The notes beneath the pieces are model-generated. The model was not told the DNA's origin and searched no databases. It was given only the letters and a program-made list of their open reading frames with translations. Shown in pieces: positions 43,981-55,913 of a DNA stretch of 64,000 bases. The stretch comes from Eledone cirrhosa. Lineage: Eukaryota. The first letter of the stretch is position 1. Each line of letters opens with the position of its first letter. The stretch covers positions 1 to 64,000 of the forward strand of contig CAXHJY010000589.1 of the NCBI GenBank assembly GCA_964016885.1. The letters are read 5' to 3'. Both the position numbers and the translations under genes were made by a program.

Positions 43981-44113
43981 CTTTAATAATAATAATAATA
44001 AGAAGAAGAAGAAGAAGTAATATGTATAATGGTGATGTGTATGATGATGATGAATATTTTATCTAACCATTTGTAAGTTTATCATATTTTTTAGTTTAAA
44101 CTCAGCAACTTAC

Positions 44114-44290
44114 CTCTTTTGCATTTGATTGTTTGAAAACCATAAATAAGGCAACCAGTGGTATAAAAATAGCTGAGATAAGAGCCATCGTCCAACCAAT
44201 TCCAACTGCCCAATCTGGATATACATAGGTACCTGATGGTCTTTTGTAAGTGAGTTCAGTATAGTTCACTACACTCATTATAAATATAAT
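44114..44290 (-). CDS. SLC6 transporter exon (EL6-TM12): IIFIMSVVNYTELTYKRPSGTYVYPDWAVGIGWTMALISAIFIPLVALFMVFKQSNAKE
   Basis: 177-bp phase 0/0 exon, acceptor ttttccacag and donor GAG|gtaagt. YxYPxWAxxIGW motif. Confidence 0.95.
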
Positions 44291-44700
44291 CTGTGGAAAA
44301 AAAACGACACAATAAAATATAATTTTTGTATGCTTTTAACCATTTAGTATTTACATTACTTTATATTTACTATTATATTTTCATGGTAAAGGTTTATCTT
44401 ATATAATTATCTCATATAATATAGAATCTATGAGATTTTGATATTATTTATTTTGAGAACAATACCTTAACATCAGTATGAGTGGCCAGCTATGGCCGGT
44501 TTGAACAGGAAATAGTGAGAGAATTCTGGCCGGATATGGCTGGTTTAAATGTTAATGGGTTAAACCATCATCATCATTAACAATAGCAGAAATAAACATT
44601 GCCTTTGAAATCGTCTATGACTTTTGGTTATAAGTATAATTGTCTACCTTATCACTTGTTACACATTTTATGAGTGAAAATATCTATTTGCTTAAAAGAG

Positions 44701-45545
44701 CCCCCAGTAGACCATGTTACACTGTGACATGGCTGGTAAACCCCAGTAAACCCCAGTAGACCATGTTACCCTGTGACATAGCTGGTAAACCCCAGTAGAC
44801 CATGTTACCCTGTGACATGGCTGGTAAACTCCAGTAGACCATGTTACACTGTGACATAGCTGGTAAACCTCAGTAGACCATGTTACACTGTGACATGGCT
44901 GGTAAATCCCAGTAGACCATGTTACACTGTGACATGGCTGGTAAACCCCAGTAAACCCCAGTAGACCATGTTACACTGTGACATGGCTGGTAAACCCCAG
45001 TAGACCATGTTACACTGTGACATGGCTGGTAAACCCCAGTAGACCATGTTACACTGTGACATGGCTGGTAAACCCCAGTAAACCATGTTACACTGTGACA
45101 TGGCTGGTAAACCCCAGTAGACCATGTTACACTGTGGCATGGCTGGTAAACCCCAGTAAACCCCAGTAGACCTCAGTAGACCATGTACACTGTGACATAG
45201 CTGGTAAACCCCAGTAGATCATGTTACACTGTGACATGGCTGGTAAATCCCAGTAAACCCCAGTAGATCATGTTACACTGTGACATGGCTGGTAAACCCC
45301 AGTAGACCCCAGTAAAGTGTTAAACTGTGACATAGCTGGTAAACCCCACTAGACTCCAGTAGACCATGTTAAACTGTGACATAGCTGGTAAATCCCAGTA
45401 GACTTCAGTAAACCCCAGTAAAGTATTAAACTGTGACATGGCAGGTAAACCCCAGTAGACCGCAGTAAACCCCAGTAGACAGTGTTAAACTGTGACATGG
45501 TTGGTAAACCCCAGTAGACAGTATTAAACTGTGACATGGCTGGTG
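44701..45545. repeat. ~39-bp minisatellite with an internal hairpin (~20 units)
   Basis: Unit CCCAGTAGACCATGTTACACTGTGACATGGCTGGTAAAC. Confidence 0.93.
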
Positions 45546-47026
45546 TTTTGAGTTACAGGATCTGTCCATCCAGAAGGGCTCCACCCTATCCATTTCATAA
45601 GGCTTGGATTGACCTGGGGCTACATTAGAAGTCACTTGTCCAAGGTAAATAAAACAAGAAAATATGTACTCAACAAGAATGTTTGATAATTGTGATATCT
45701 TCACATAAATATAATCAATTAAACTCAAAGAAAGCTACATTATAGCACATCCAATCATCATCATCATCATCATTTTACGTCTGCTTTTCCCTGCTTGCAA
45801 GGGTGGGGTAGGAACTGATTTCTACAGCTGGATGCCCTTCCTAACACCAACCTCATTTACAGTGAGTGCTGGGTGCTTTTTTTCCGTGGCGCCTACACGT
45901 CCACTTTACAGTGTGGGCTGGGTGCTTTTTTGACATGGCACCTCAACGACCACTTTGCAGTGGAATGATAGGGACCCCAGTCCCTATCATCTCATTTCTA
46001 CAGCTGAGTAAACTGGAGCAATGTGAAATAAAGTGTCTTGCTCAAGGACACATCACCCGGTCTGAGAATTGAACTCACAACCTTTTGATTGCAAGGCCAA
46101 TGCTCTAACCACTAAGCCATGTGCCACCAATATATTTTAAATATAATTAGATATTCTGTTTTATTCTATTTGATACTGACAAATTCCTGGGTTCATTACA
46201 TTTTAAATCAGAGGTTTTTTACAGCCATGTAATACCCTCAGCCCCCCCCCCCCTATTTCCAGAGAGACCTGCCTATACACAGATTGTAGATATGTAATCA
46301 ATAAAATCGTTAATTTATATATAATTGTTTCTACTTTTGGCACAAGGCCAGCAATTACCCAGTACATTACTGGTACTTTATTTTATCGACCCCGTAAGGA
46401 TGAAAGGCAAAGTTAACCTCGGCGGGATTTGAACTCAGACCGTAAAAGGACGTAACTATGCTGGAAAGCATGGCGTTATATATAATATGTCTGAGCAAGA
46501 CATGGTCACCTAATCTGTCATTGCCCTCAACAGGACAACTCGTCTAACCCATGCAAGCGTGGGAAAATGGACGTAAAATGATGATGACGTATCATTTGAT
46601 ATTTTTAATTGTTTCTACTTTAGGCACAAGGCCAGCAATTACCCAGTGCATTACTGGTACTTTATTTTATCGACCCCGTAAGGATGAAAGGCAAAGTCAA
46701 CCTCGGCGGGATTTGAACTCAGATCATAAAGGGACATAACTATGCTGGAAAGCATGGCGTCCGACCCTCTACCGATACTGCCATTCCACCGTATCATTTG
46801 ATATTTAATATACCATTATATCATCTCTACTTCCCCCTTGGGCCACAGCATGCCATGGACCTTCTCAACGCCCCCCCCCCCCATCTCCTGGGGCGTTAGT
46901 GCCCACTTTGAGAACCTGCTTTAAATGATTATAAATAAATGTATTTTACTGATAATGTTCTGTGAACTTGATTAAACAGAAAAGAAAGAAATCAAAGTAG
47001 ATTTTCAGTAAACAAAATGAACTTAC

Positions 47027-47127
47027 TAAACAAAACAGTGGCGATGTTACCAACCAACTGATTTTCATGAAGGGTCCTATTCTGTATCCCAGCATCATTT
47101 CAAGATTGTCATAAAACCGATTTACAC
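47027..47127 (-). CDS. SLC6 transporter exon (IL5-TM11): (G)VNRFYDNLEMMLGYRIGPFMKISWLVTSPLFCL
   Basis: 101-bp exon, acceptor tttttcag and donor TTA|gtaagt. Phase compatible with the previous exon. Confidence 0.95.
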
Positions 47128-47204
47128 CTGAAAAATTAATGAAAATGAAATAAATACACTTTCACATATGAATATTTTGGATACCCTGGAGATCCAACAG
47201 CATT

Positions 47205-47445
47205 TTATTAATACATGTTTAATATTTGTTTAATATTTATTAATATTTATTAATATTTATTTAATACATGTTTAATATTTATTAATATTTATTTAATACA
47301 TGTTTAATATTTGTTTAATATTTATTTAATACATGTTTAATATTTGTTTAATATTTATTAATATTTATTTAATACATGTTTAATATTTGTTTAATATTTA
47401 TTAATATTTATTTAATACATGTTTAATATTTGTTTAATACTTGTT
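47205..47445. repeat. AT-rich short-period tandem repeat
   Basis: AATATTTATT / AATACATGTTT units. Confidence 0.85.
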
Positions 47446-47467
47446 TGACACTGTGGTAGCAGCCAGT

Positions 47468-47765
47468 CAGGGTTGGATTTAGACCCTGGGGGCCTGTGGC
47501 ACTTGAGGTTTGGGGAGCCCCACATACATAAAAAATTAGAATACACAGCAAACTCCCCAATTTTACCTATCAAAGTTAGCTTGGCGCAAGTAATTGCAAT
47601 TGAAGAGTTATACATACAGGTATTAAATTCAAAAATTCTAACCCTCCTAAAACTTAAAAGCCCAGCTGAGGGCACAAATAAATTGCTACGACCGGTACTG
47701 GTGGGACCCCATTGCAGGGGCCCCACGGCAATTGTCCCCTTTTCCCCCCATTAAATCTGGTCCTG
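47468..47765. mobile_element. hAT-like MITE
   Basis: TIRs CAGGGTTGGATTTA / TAAATCTGGTCCTG. Confidence 0.5.
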
Positions 47766-48999
47766 CAGCCAGTGCTGGTCTATTTCAGATATTTTCTAGT
47801 CTCTTTACTGTTGCCTACTCTACACAGTTGTGATTTATTAATATTTTGGAGAATATTTGTGGGTTTATAATTTGTTTGAAAATTAAAATTTGGTTCCACT
47901 TTACCCATCGTAATGTGAAAGATAAGCAAGAAATCTCACAGTAATGATAGGAGAACTTTAGGTTTACGGTCAAGCCTGTAGCAGTGGAGACATCTGGTGT
48001 CCTTGGCCCCAGAACCACCTCCCTACTTACCATCTTCGGCATCTCTCACCATCCACCAGAGAATTGCCTTCTCTATTCTGAACACCAAGGCCACAGGGTG
48101 GTCAGCGTGTGCCCTCCCTCCCATTTGTTTATGATAGTGAGAGATGGGGAGAGTGAGAGAGATGGAGGCAGTGACTATACCAGCATTGCTGAAGTATTTT
48201 GTAGAGTTAAAAGTCAAGTGATTTTACTATAAAGAGGTGGTTAACCACATAAATATGCTAGATTTAGTGTGCAAATAAACCCTAGGGACATCCAACTGAA
48301 ATTAATGGATAAGTCATTGAAATAGGACTTTTATCTTAAACATCCACAAATCATTGTCCATTTATTATAAGTGATTGATACTAAGAATTTACATTTTAAT
48401 ATCTCAATTTCTAACTTGGACATAAGGGGGTGGGTATAGTTGATTAAATTGACTGATACCTGAATGGTATCACAAGTACACCCCTTCACAAGTGTACCCC
48501 TTCACAAGTACACCCTTCACAAGGGGTTGGGTATAGTTGATGAAATTGACTGATACCTGAATGGTATTATATTTTATTGATCTCGGAAGGATGAAAGTTG
48601 ACCTTGGTGAGATTTGAACTCAGAAGTAAAGATATATAACCAAATACCGCACTTTAACATATTGCTAACCAATATTATACGACAATTTCATCTACTCAAA
48701 ACTGGTTCTGGATTCAAAGTGCTAGCTGCTTAATTCTATGGTTTCCTACCAAATTATTGAATTTTATTTTACACATGAGAAAAAAAGACAAAAGCAAAAT
48801 CAAGCTATGAGAAAAATAGGGAAGGGTTAGGGATGGGAAGATCTGGCTGTATGGGAAAGTATTGAAGTTACCACACCATATGTTATTCATCAGTAATTGC
48901 TATATTTCTAGAAAAATGTCTTAATGTCTTAATTTCTTTTTGACATCCTTTTATTTGCAGTTAAGTTTTATAGAATAAGAACAGTTTTTTTTTATCATT

Positions 49000-49323
49000 C
49001 AGGATGGTAACTCCACACCACAAGTATCCAGGGTATAGTGAGTATTCTTAACGTCTGACACCCTCAGGAGGGTAACTCCACACCACAAGTATCCAGGGTG
49101 TAGTGAGTATTCTTAACGTCTAACACCCTCAGGATGGTAACTACACACCACAATTATCAAGGGTATAGTGAGTATTCTTAACGTCTGACACCCTCAGGAG
49201 GGTAACTCCACACCACAAGTATCCAGGGTGTAGTGAGTATTCTTAACGTCTAACACCCTCAGGATCGTAACTACACACCACAATTATCAAGGGTATAGTG
49301 AGGGTTTTTAATGTTTGGCACCC
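49000..49323. repeat. 66-bp tandem repeat x5 with a 132-bp dimer structure
   Basis: CAGGA(T/G)GGTAACT(C/A)CACACCACAAGTATCCAGGGT(A/G)TAGTGAGTATTCTTAACGTCT(G/A)ACACCCT. Confidence 0.9.
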
Positions 49324-49391
49324 AAATGATAAGAAAAATTTGATACTTTCTCGACCTTAAATAACAGGAAAGATAGACTAAAGGAAGTTTT

Positions 49392-50769
49392 GCACCCCAT
49401 CACAAGTACACCCCTCAATCACAAGTCCACCCCTTCACAAGTTTACTCCTTCACAAGTACACCCCTCCTTCACAAGTACACCCCTCACTCACAAGTACAC
49501 CTGTTCACAAGCCCGCCCCTTCACAAGTACACCCCTTCACTAGTACACCCCTCAATCACAAGTACACCCCATCACAAGTACACTCCTTCACTAGTACACT
49601 CCTTCACAAGTATACTCCTTCACAAGTACACCCCATCACAAGTACACCCCATCACAAGTACACCCCATCACAAGTACACCCCTTTACAAGTACACCCCAT
49701 CACTAGTACACCCCTTCACAAGTACACCCCTTCATAAGTACACCCCATCACAAGTACACCCCATCACAAGTACACCCCATCACAAGTACACTCCTTCACT
49801 AGTACACCCCTTCACAAGTACACCCCTTCACAAGTACACCCCTTCACTAGTACACCCCATCACAAGTACACCCCTTCACTAGTACACCCCATCACAAGTA
49901 CACCCCATCACAAGTACACCCCATCACAAGTACACCCCATCACAAGTACACCCCTTCACAAGTACACCCCTTCACTAGTACACCCCTTCACAAGTACACC
50001 CCTTCACTAGTACACCCCTTCACTAGTACACTCCTTCACAAGTACACTCCTTCACAAGTACACTCCTTCACAAGTACACTCCTTCACTAGTAGACCCCTT
50101 CACAAGTACACCCCTTCACAAGTACATCCCTTCACAAGTACACCCCTTTACAAGTACACCCCTTCATAAGTACACCCCTTCACAAGTACACCCCTTCACA
50201 AGTACACCCCATCACAAGTACACCCCTTTACAAGTACACCCCTTCATAAGTACACCCCTTCACAAGTACACCCCTTCACTAGTACACCCCTTCACTAGTA
50301 CACCCCTTCACAAGTACACCCCTTCACAAGTACACCCCTTCACAAGTACACCCCTTCACAAGTACACCCCTTCACTAGGACACTCCTTCACAAGTACACC
50401 CCTTCACTAGTACACCCCTTCACTAGTACACCCCTTCACAAGTGCACCCCTTCACTAGTACACCCCTTCACAAGTACACCCCTTCACAAGTGCACCCCAT
50501 CACAAGTACACCCCATCACAAGTACACCCCTTCACAAGTACACCCCATCACAAGTACACCCCTTCACAAGTACACCCCATCACAAGTACACCCCTTCACT
50601 AGTACACCCCTTCACAAGTACACCTCATCACAAGTGCACCCCTTCACTAGTACACCCCTTCACTAGTACACCCCTTCACAAGTACACCCCTTCACTAGTA
50701 CACCCCTTCACAAGTACACCCCATCACAAGTGCACCCCTTCACTAGTACACCCCTTCACAAGTGCACCC
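49392..50769. repeat. 18-bp minisatellite (~75 units), ending about 70 bp from an SLC6 donor site
   Basis: Unit CAC(A/T)AGTACACCCC(T/A)T. Confidence 0.96.
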
Positions 50770-50841
50770 GGGAATATGTTCACCCATTGTACGTTTCTTG
50801 CTACGCCTCTGCAACTATCTCAACCAAACAAAACAACTTAC

Positions 50842-50941
50842 CATAAATCCAAGATATTGCTATACATTCCAAACCACCAACCAGAAGAATTATTCGACTC
50901 GCAGCATAAAAGTCAAATATCTGGAACACATACATCCCACC
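50842..50941 (-). CDS. SLC6 transporter exon (TM10): [33 protein letters not shown](G)
   Basis: 100-bp exon read manually on the minus strand, acceptor gctttcag and donor TATG|gtaagt. GGMYVFQxFDxY and WxYG SLC6 motifs. Confidence 0.95.
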
Positions 50942-50991
50942 CTGAAAGCAAAAAATATTGTATTAGATTGATTGTATCTGTCTCTCTCCCT

Positions 50992-51048
<57 letters not shown>

Positions 51049-51078
51049 ACAACAAAAGATGGTTAAAAGAGTTCCATG

Positions 51079-51149
51079 TATTTTATTATGCGCATTTCAA
51101 AAACAAATATCATCATGCAATAATATTTGTGTTTTCATCAGATAAAATA
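51079..51149 (-). ncRNA. Minimal type-I hammerhead ribozyme (sense to the SLC6 pre-mRNA)
   Basis: TATTTTAT-CTGATGA-stem II-GAAA-TGCGCA-TA-ATAAAATA. Confidence 0.85.
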
Positions 51150-51269
51150 GGAAGACATGATATGAAGGTTAAAAAACACTTGTGGATAGTGCAATTTTAA
51201 ATCAACATATCATATGTTGATTTAAAACTGCACTATCCACAAGTGTTTTTTAACCTTCATAGTTTTTCC

Positions 51270-51338
51270 TATTTTATCTGATGAAAACAAATATTATTGC
51301 ATGATGATATTTGTTTTTGAAATGCGCATAATAAAATA
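51270..51338 (+). ncRNA. Minimal type-I hammerhead ribozyme (inverted partner of 51079-51149)
   Basis: Same motif on the + strand, within PLE-type element 51041-51462. Confidence 0.85.
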
Positions 51339-51459
51339 CATGGAACTCTTTTAACCATCTTTTGTTCTTATATATTATGTATACTCCAGTCCTACAAACT
51401 GTAGAGTGCTTCTTATCCGATATCTGCATTGCTTTATTGTACTACAATAAAACTCACCT

Positions 51460-51495
<36 letters not shown>

Positions 51496-51679
51496 CAAGC
51501 AGGGAAAAATGATGATGATGATATATATATATATATATAACAAAAGAATTGTGGTAAGGAACCAGATGGACCATAACGCACCAGAGTACTCAATACTTAG
51601 GGTAGTAGAGTGGGAAATAGGACTAGTCCAGAAATAGCCGTCGAAACGGCTTGAGCTCTGTCGTCGGGTCATACTTTTT

Positions 51680-51717
<38 letters not shown>

Positions 51718-51843
51718 TAACAGATTAAGGTTTAAGCAAAGAATAGCTGCTTTCACCCGGATCTTCTGAAACTCATAAATATTTGCTCTATATTTATCCT
51801 TATCCATCCCTCTTTGGATTTTAGTCTTCAAATATATTATTAT

Positions 51844-51880
<37 letters not shown>

Positions 51881-52097
51881 GAAGGAAGTGTGGTAAGGAA
51901 CCAGGTGGACCATAACGCACCAAAGTACTCAATACTTAGGGTAGTAGAGTGGGTAATAGGAACCAGTAAGACCCCGACGGCTGAGCTCAAGCCGTTTCGA
52001 CGGCTAATTCTGGACTAAATGAAAATTTATCCTGGTATTTAAATGATTGCAGAATTACTACTGACTTTTGACAATCACTTTGACCATATATGGAATT

Positions 52098-52191
52098 ACC
52101 CCTTGAGAAGCTCGGCTATTTAAATACCAGGATAAATTTTCATTTAGTCCAGAATTAGCCGTCGAAACGGCTTGAGCTCAGCCGTCGGGGT
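52098..52191 (+). ncRNA. Type-I hammerhead ribozyme, U3-A8 core variant
   Basis: ACCCC-TTGAGAA-GctCGGCTA…TAGCCGtC-GAAA-CGGCT tgagctc AGCCG-TC-GGGGT. Inside fold-back element 51878-52205; family also at 51539-51682 and 56603-56780. Confidence 0.75.
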
Positions 52192-52201
52192 CTTACTGGT
52201 T

Positions 52202-52247
<46 letters not shown>

Positions 52248-52360
52248 GCTTTGGGTCATGCTGCCAATAAAAACACATGCACCTGTTGGTTTTCACTTCA
52301 ATTTATTATAAATTTCCAGTTGGTTGGTTGGTTCAATAACTGGATGGTTGTTAATATTTT

Positions 52361-52403
52361 GTCAAAGATCTTTCGTCACACATTCTGTAACCTCCTTAGT
52401 GAC
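52361..52403 (-). ncRNA. Degenerate hammerhead ribozyme (G5A)
   Basis: GTCA-CTAAGGA-gGTTAC agaatgt GTGAC-GAAA-GATC-TT-TGAC, inside inverted arms 52245-52308 / 52446-52510. Confidence 0.6.
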
Positions 52404-52615
52404 TGATTTATTTTGTGTCTCTCTTTTGTTCTGTCCAACACCATCAATAAATTGAAGTGAAAAACAACAGGTGCGTGTGTTTTTATAGCAGCATGACCCT
52501 CCCAAAGTATAACAAAATCTGTTTCAACACACGTTTTCAGATAAAAAATTTTGCAAAACAAATTCAAAAACGAAATATATATATATATAGTGAAAGAGTG
52601 AAGAATAACATGGTC

Positions 52616-52823
52616 AGCTGTACAAAAAAAGGGTTAATTTACAGTATTAACAATTGTTTCCTTGATCTGGTGAATCTAAAGGCCGCTAATCACTTGAAAT
52701 TGCGTCACACACTGTATTTAAGGTCGAGTGACACAATCTCAAGTGATTAGCGGCCTTTAGATTCACCGGATCAAGGAAACAATTGTTAATACTGTAAATA
52801 AAACCCTTTTTTTTTGTACAGCC
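52616..52823. mobile_element. Fold-back element (~90-bp arms) carrying the hammerhead 3' half GAAA-CAATTG-TT
   Basis: Arms 52616-52708 and 52728-52823. Confidence 0.6.
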
Positions 52824-53640
52824 GTCCAAGAATAACCTACATGGGAATTCTCGCAAACTCGCTACCTAGCTAAGGAAACCTCTTGTTGAGTCAAACAACA
52901 CCGTACGTTAAAACTATCCACAGTACAGAGTACTCACAACCTCTAACTGGATTACCTAAAACGATAACTTTTTATCCCATATATGTATATATGGAGGCAC
53001 ATGGCTTAGTGGTTAGAGCATTGGCTTTGCAATCGAAAGGTTGTGAGTTCAATTCTCAGACCGGGTGATGTGTTGTTTCCTTGAGCAAGACACTTTATTT
53101 CACATTGCTCCAGTTCACTCAGCTGTAGAAATGAGATGATAGGGACTGGGGTCCCTATCATTCCACTGCAAAGTGGTCGTGGAGGTGCCACGGCAAAAAA
53201 GCACCCAGCACTCACTGTAAATGAGGTTGGTGTTAGGAAGGGCATCCAGCTGTAGACATCAAGCCAGAATCTGTTCTCGTCCCACCCTTGCAAGCAGGGA
53301 AAAGCGGACGTAAAATGAAATGATGAATGATGATGATATTACAGTACAAATATTAATAAAATAGATGTTCTTTTGATCATTTAAATTTTATTATACATCA
53401 TTCTTTGATGTACTCATTGAATCTTGTTTAACTCTCTAATATATATATATATATACACACGATAACTTGTAATCCCATATATATATATATACATTATTCC
53501 GGGTTGAATCGGAGGTAACCACAGTAAGTAAGGTACTCAATACATAGCAGAGTATATATATATACAAATATATATATATATATATGTATATAAACATTGA
53601 TACAAAATATTTCAAAACTTTTTTCTGATAATCTACTTAC

Positions 53641-53778
53641 ATTCATACACATCGGCAATCCTAGTAGAAAGGACGCAAAACATACACAAGCTGTGAATAA
53701 TTCTTTGCGATAACCTCGACGCAATTGCTTGGGGAACTGATCAACAATAAGGGTCACCACAGCTTCAACTCCAACAAA
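53641..53778 (-). CDS. SLC6 transporter exon (TM8-TM9): FVGVEAVVTLIVDQFPKQLRRGYRKELFTACVCFASFLLGLPMCMN
   Basis: 138-bp phase-0 exon, acceptor tttgtttctag and donor AAT|gtaagt. Continues DSQ|FVGVE in frame. Confidence 0.96.
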
Positions 53779-54127
53779 CTAGAAACAAAAAATAAAAGTA
53801 AAGATTAATAGGTTTCTTCTTTAATATTTAAACATTGTTTGTTAAGTTTTCATAAGTAATTATATAAATAATTGTTTCTACTTTTGGCACAAGGCCAGCA
53901 ATTACCCCAGTGCATTACTGGTACTTTATTTTATCGACCCCTTAAGGATGAAAAGCAAAGTCAACCTCGACGGGATTTGAACTCAGACCGTAAAGGGACA
54001 TAACTATGCTAGTAATTATATAAATAATGAAAAGTAACGGGGAGGGAGTAAAGAAGGGCAGACCTGGCTGTATAAGGACAGTATTATATATTGCATAAAT
54101 GAGAAGAAAAGAAGGGAAAGAACAATA

Positions 54128-54600
54128 ACTATTAAACCACTGGAGAAAGAGGGGGGCGAGGAGTATTAAACCACGAGAGAAAGAGCGGGAGGGGGGGGTG
54201 AAGACTATTAGACCACGAGGGAAAGAGGGGGAGGGAGAGCGACGACTATTAGACCACTGGAGAAAGAGGGGGGAGGAGAGCAAGGGACTATTAGACCACG
54301 AGAGAAGGAGCAGGGGGGGGGGGCGAAGACTAGTAGACCACAAGGGAAAGAGGGGGAGGGAGAGCGACGACTATTAGACCACTGGAGAAAGAGAAGGGGA
54401 GAACGAGGACTATTAGACCACGAGAGAAGGAGCGGGGGGAGGGAGAGGGGGAAGACTATTAGACCACAAGAGAAGGAGCGGGGGAGGGGGGATAAGACTA
54501 TTAGACCACTGGAGAAAGAGGGGGGGAAAGAGGCGAGGACTATTAGACCACGGAAGAAAGAGGGGGAGGACTATTAGGCCACGAGAGAAAGAGGGGGAAA
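54128..54600. repeat. Purine-rich degenerate ~38-bp tandem repeat
   Basis: GACTATTAGACCAC followed by a variable G/A tract, about 12 units. Confidence 0.88.
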
Positions 54601-55077
54601 TGGGAGTGGGTGAGAGGCTGCCGAAATACATGGCAGACTAGGGGTCCGGCTACAGGTTAATAAAGCCTTATATAAAATACATTATTCTAAATACTGTTTT
54701 GCTCAGCTTTTGCAAGTAACTATGCCAGAGTTTATACCACAGAAACATGGCACCAGAGATGAAAAGACATGTGTCCTTCATGAAACTGTAATTGTGTTAA
54801 TGACAGATGAGATTTCGTTTCTGATATGTCTCCAACCTTTCTTTTTTTTTTTTATATATATTTAGAATAAAGTAATTACTATAAAGACGCTGCTTGTGGG
54901 CGTTACAAAGTCTTCACCAGCAAGCAGTCTTACTGGGACCTTTCAAGATAAATAAAACCATCAACTATTTCTTTTTATATAGATGTCAATATATGTCTCG
55001 CTTTAGTAATTTTCTTTCATAAGCTGCGTTCTTAATGTTTCTCCTAATTTCCACTCTACTCATCTCCTGCTTATTTC

Positions 55078-55135
<58 letters not shown>

Positions 55136-55716
55136 AATAATAAATTTGTAGACTAAAATCCAAAGAGGGCTCAATAAGGATAAATATATATCAAATATAT
55201 AAGAATCCTAGAGCAAATATTTATTAAATTAACAGATTAAAGTTTAAGCAAAGAATCGGATCTTCTGAAGATCCTGTTAAGGGTGAAAGCAGCGATTCTT
55301 TGCTTAAACTTTAATATGTTATTTAAAAAAAATATATATATATAGTATTTATGGAGGCACATGGCTTAGTGGTTAGAACATTGGCCTTGCAATCGAAAGG
55401 TTGTGAGTTTAATTCTCAGACCAGGTGATGTGTTGTTTCCTTGAGCAAGACACTTTATTTCACATGGCTCCAGTTTACTCAGCTGTAGAAATGAGATTAT
55501 AGGGACTGGGGTCCCTATCATTCCACAGCAAAGTGGTCGTGGAGGTGCCACGGCAAAAAAGCACCCAGCACTCACTGTAAATGAGGTTGGTGTTAGGAAG
55601 GGCATCCAGCTGTAGAAATCAAGCCAGAATCAGTTCCCGTCCCACACTTGCAAGCAGGGAAAAGCTGACGTAAAATGATGATGATATATATATATATATA
55701 TATATAATAAAATAAA

Positions 55717-55773
55717 ATGAGATTTCTGATGATTTCTAAAGAATGAAACAGTTCTAGTCCTGTAGAATCTCAT
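55717..55773 (+). ncRNA. Type-I hammerhead ribozyme between two (TA)n tracts
   Basis: ATGAGATTT-CTGATGA-tTTC taaa GAAt-GAAA-CAG ttctagtc CTG-TA-GAATCTCAT: 9-bp stem I, 4-bp stem III, GUA site. Confidence 0.8.
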
Positions 55774-55863
55774 ATATATATATATATATATATAATAAGG
55801 AGTTGACAGACCCAGCATATTTATCAATGCCAGGACCGGTTGTATCTCAGTGTACTCAATAGG

Positions 55864-55900
<37 letters not shown>

Positions 55901-55913
55901 ATTGAGGTATATA

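Noticed and set aside
54128-54600. Conserved 14-mer with variable spacers, CRISPR-like appearance
   Set aside because: Spacers are related G/A low-complexity tracts, the context is eukaryotic, and there are no cas genes.
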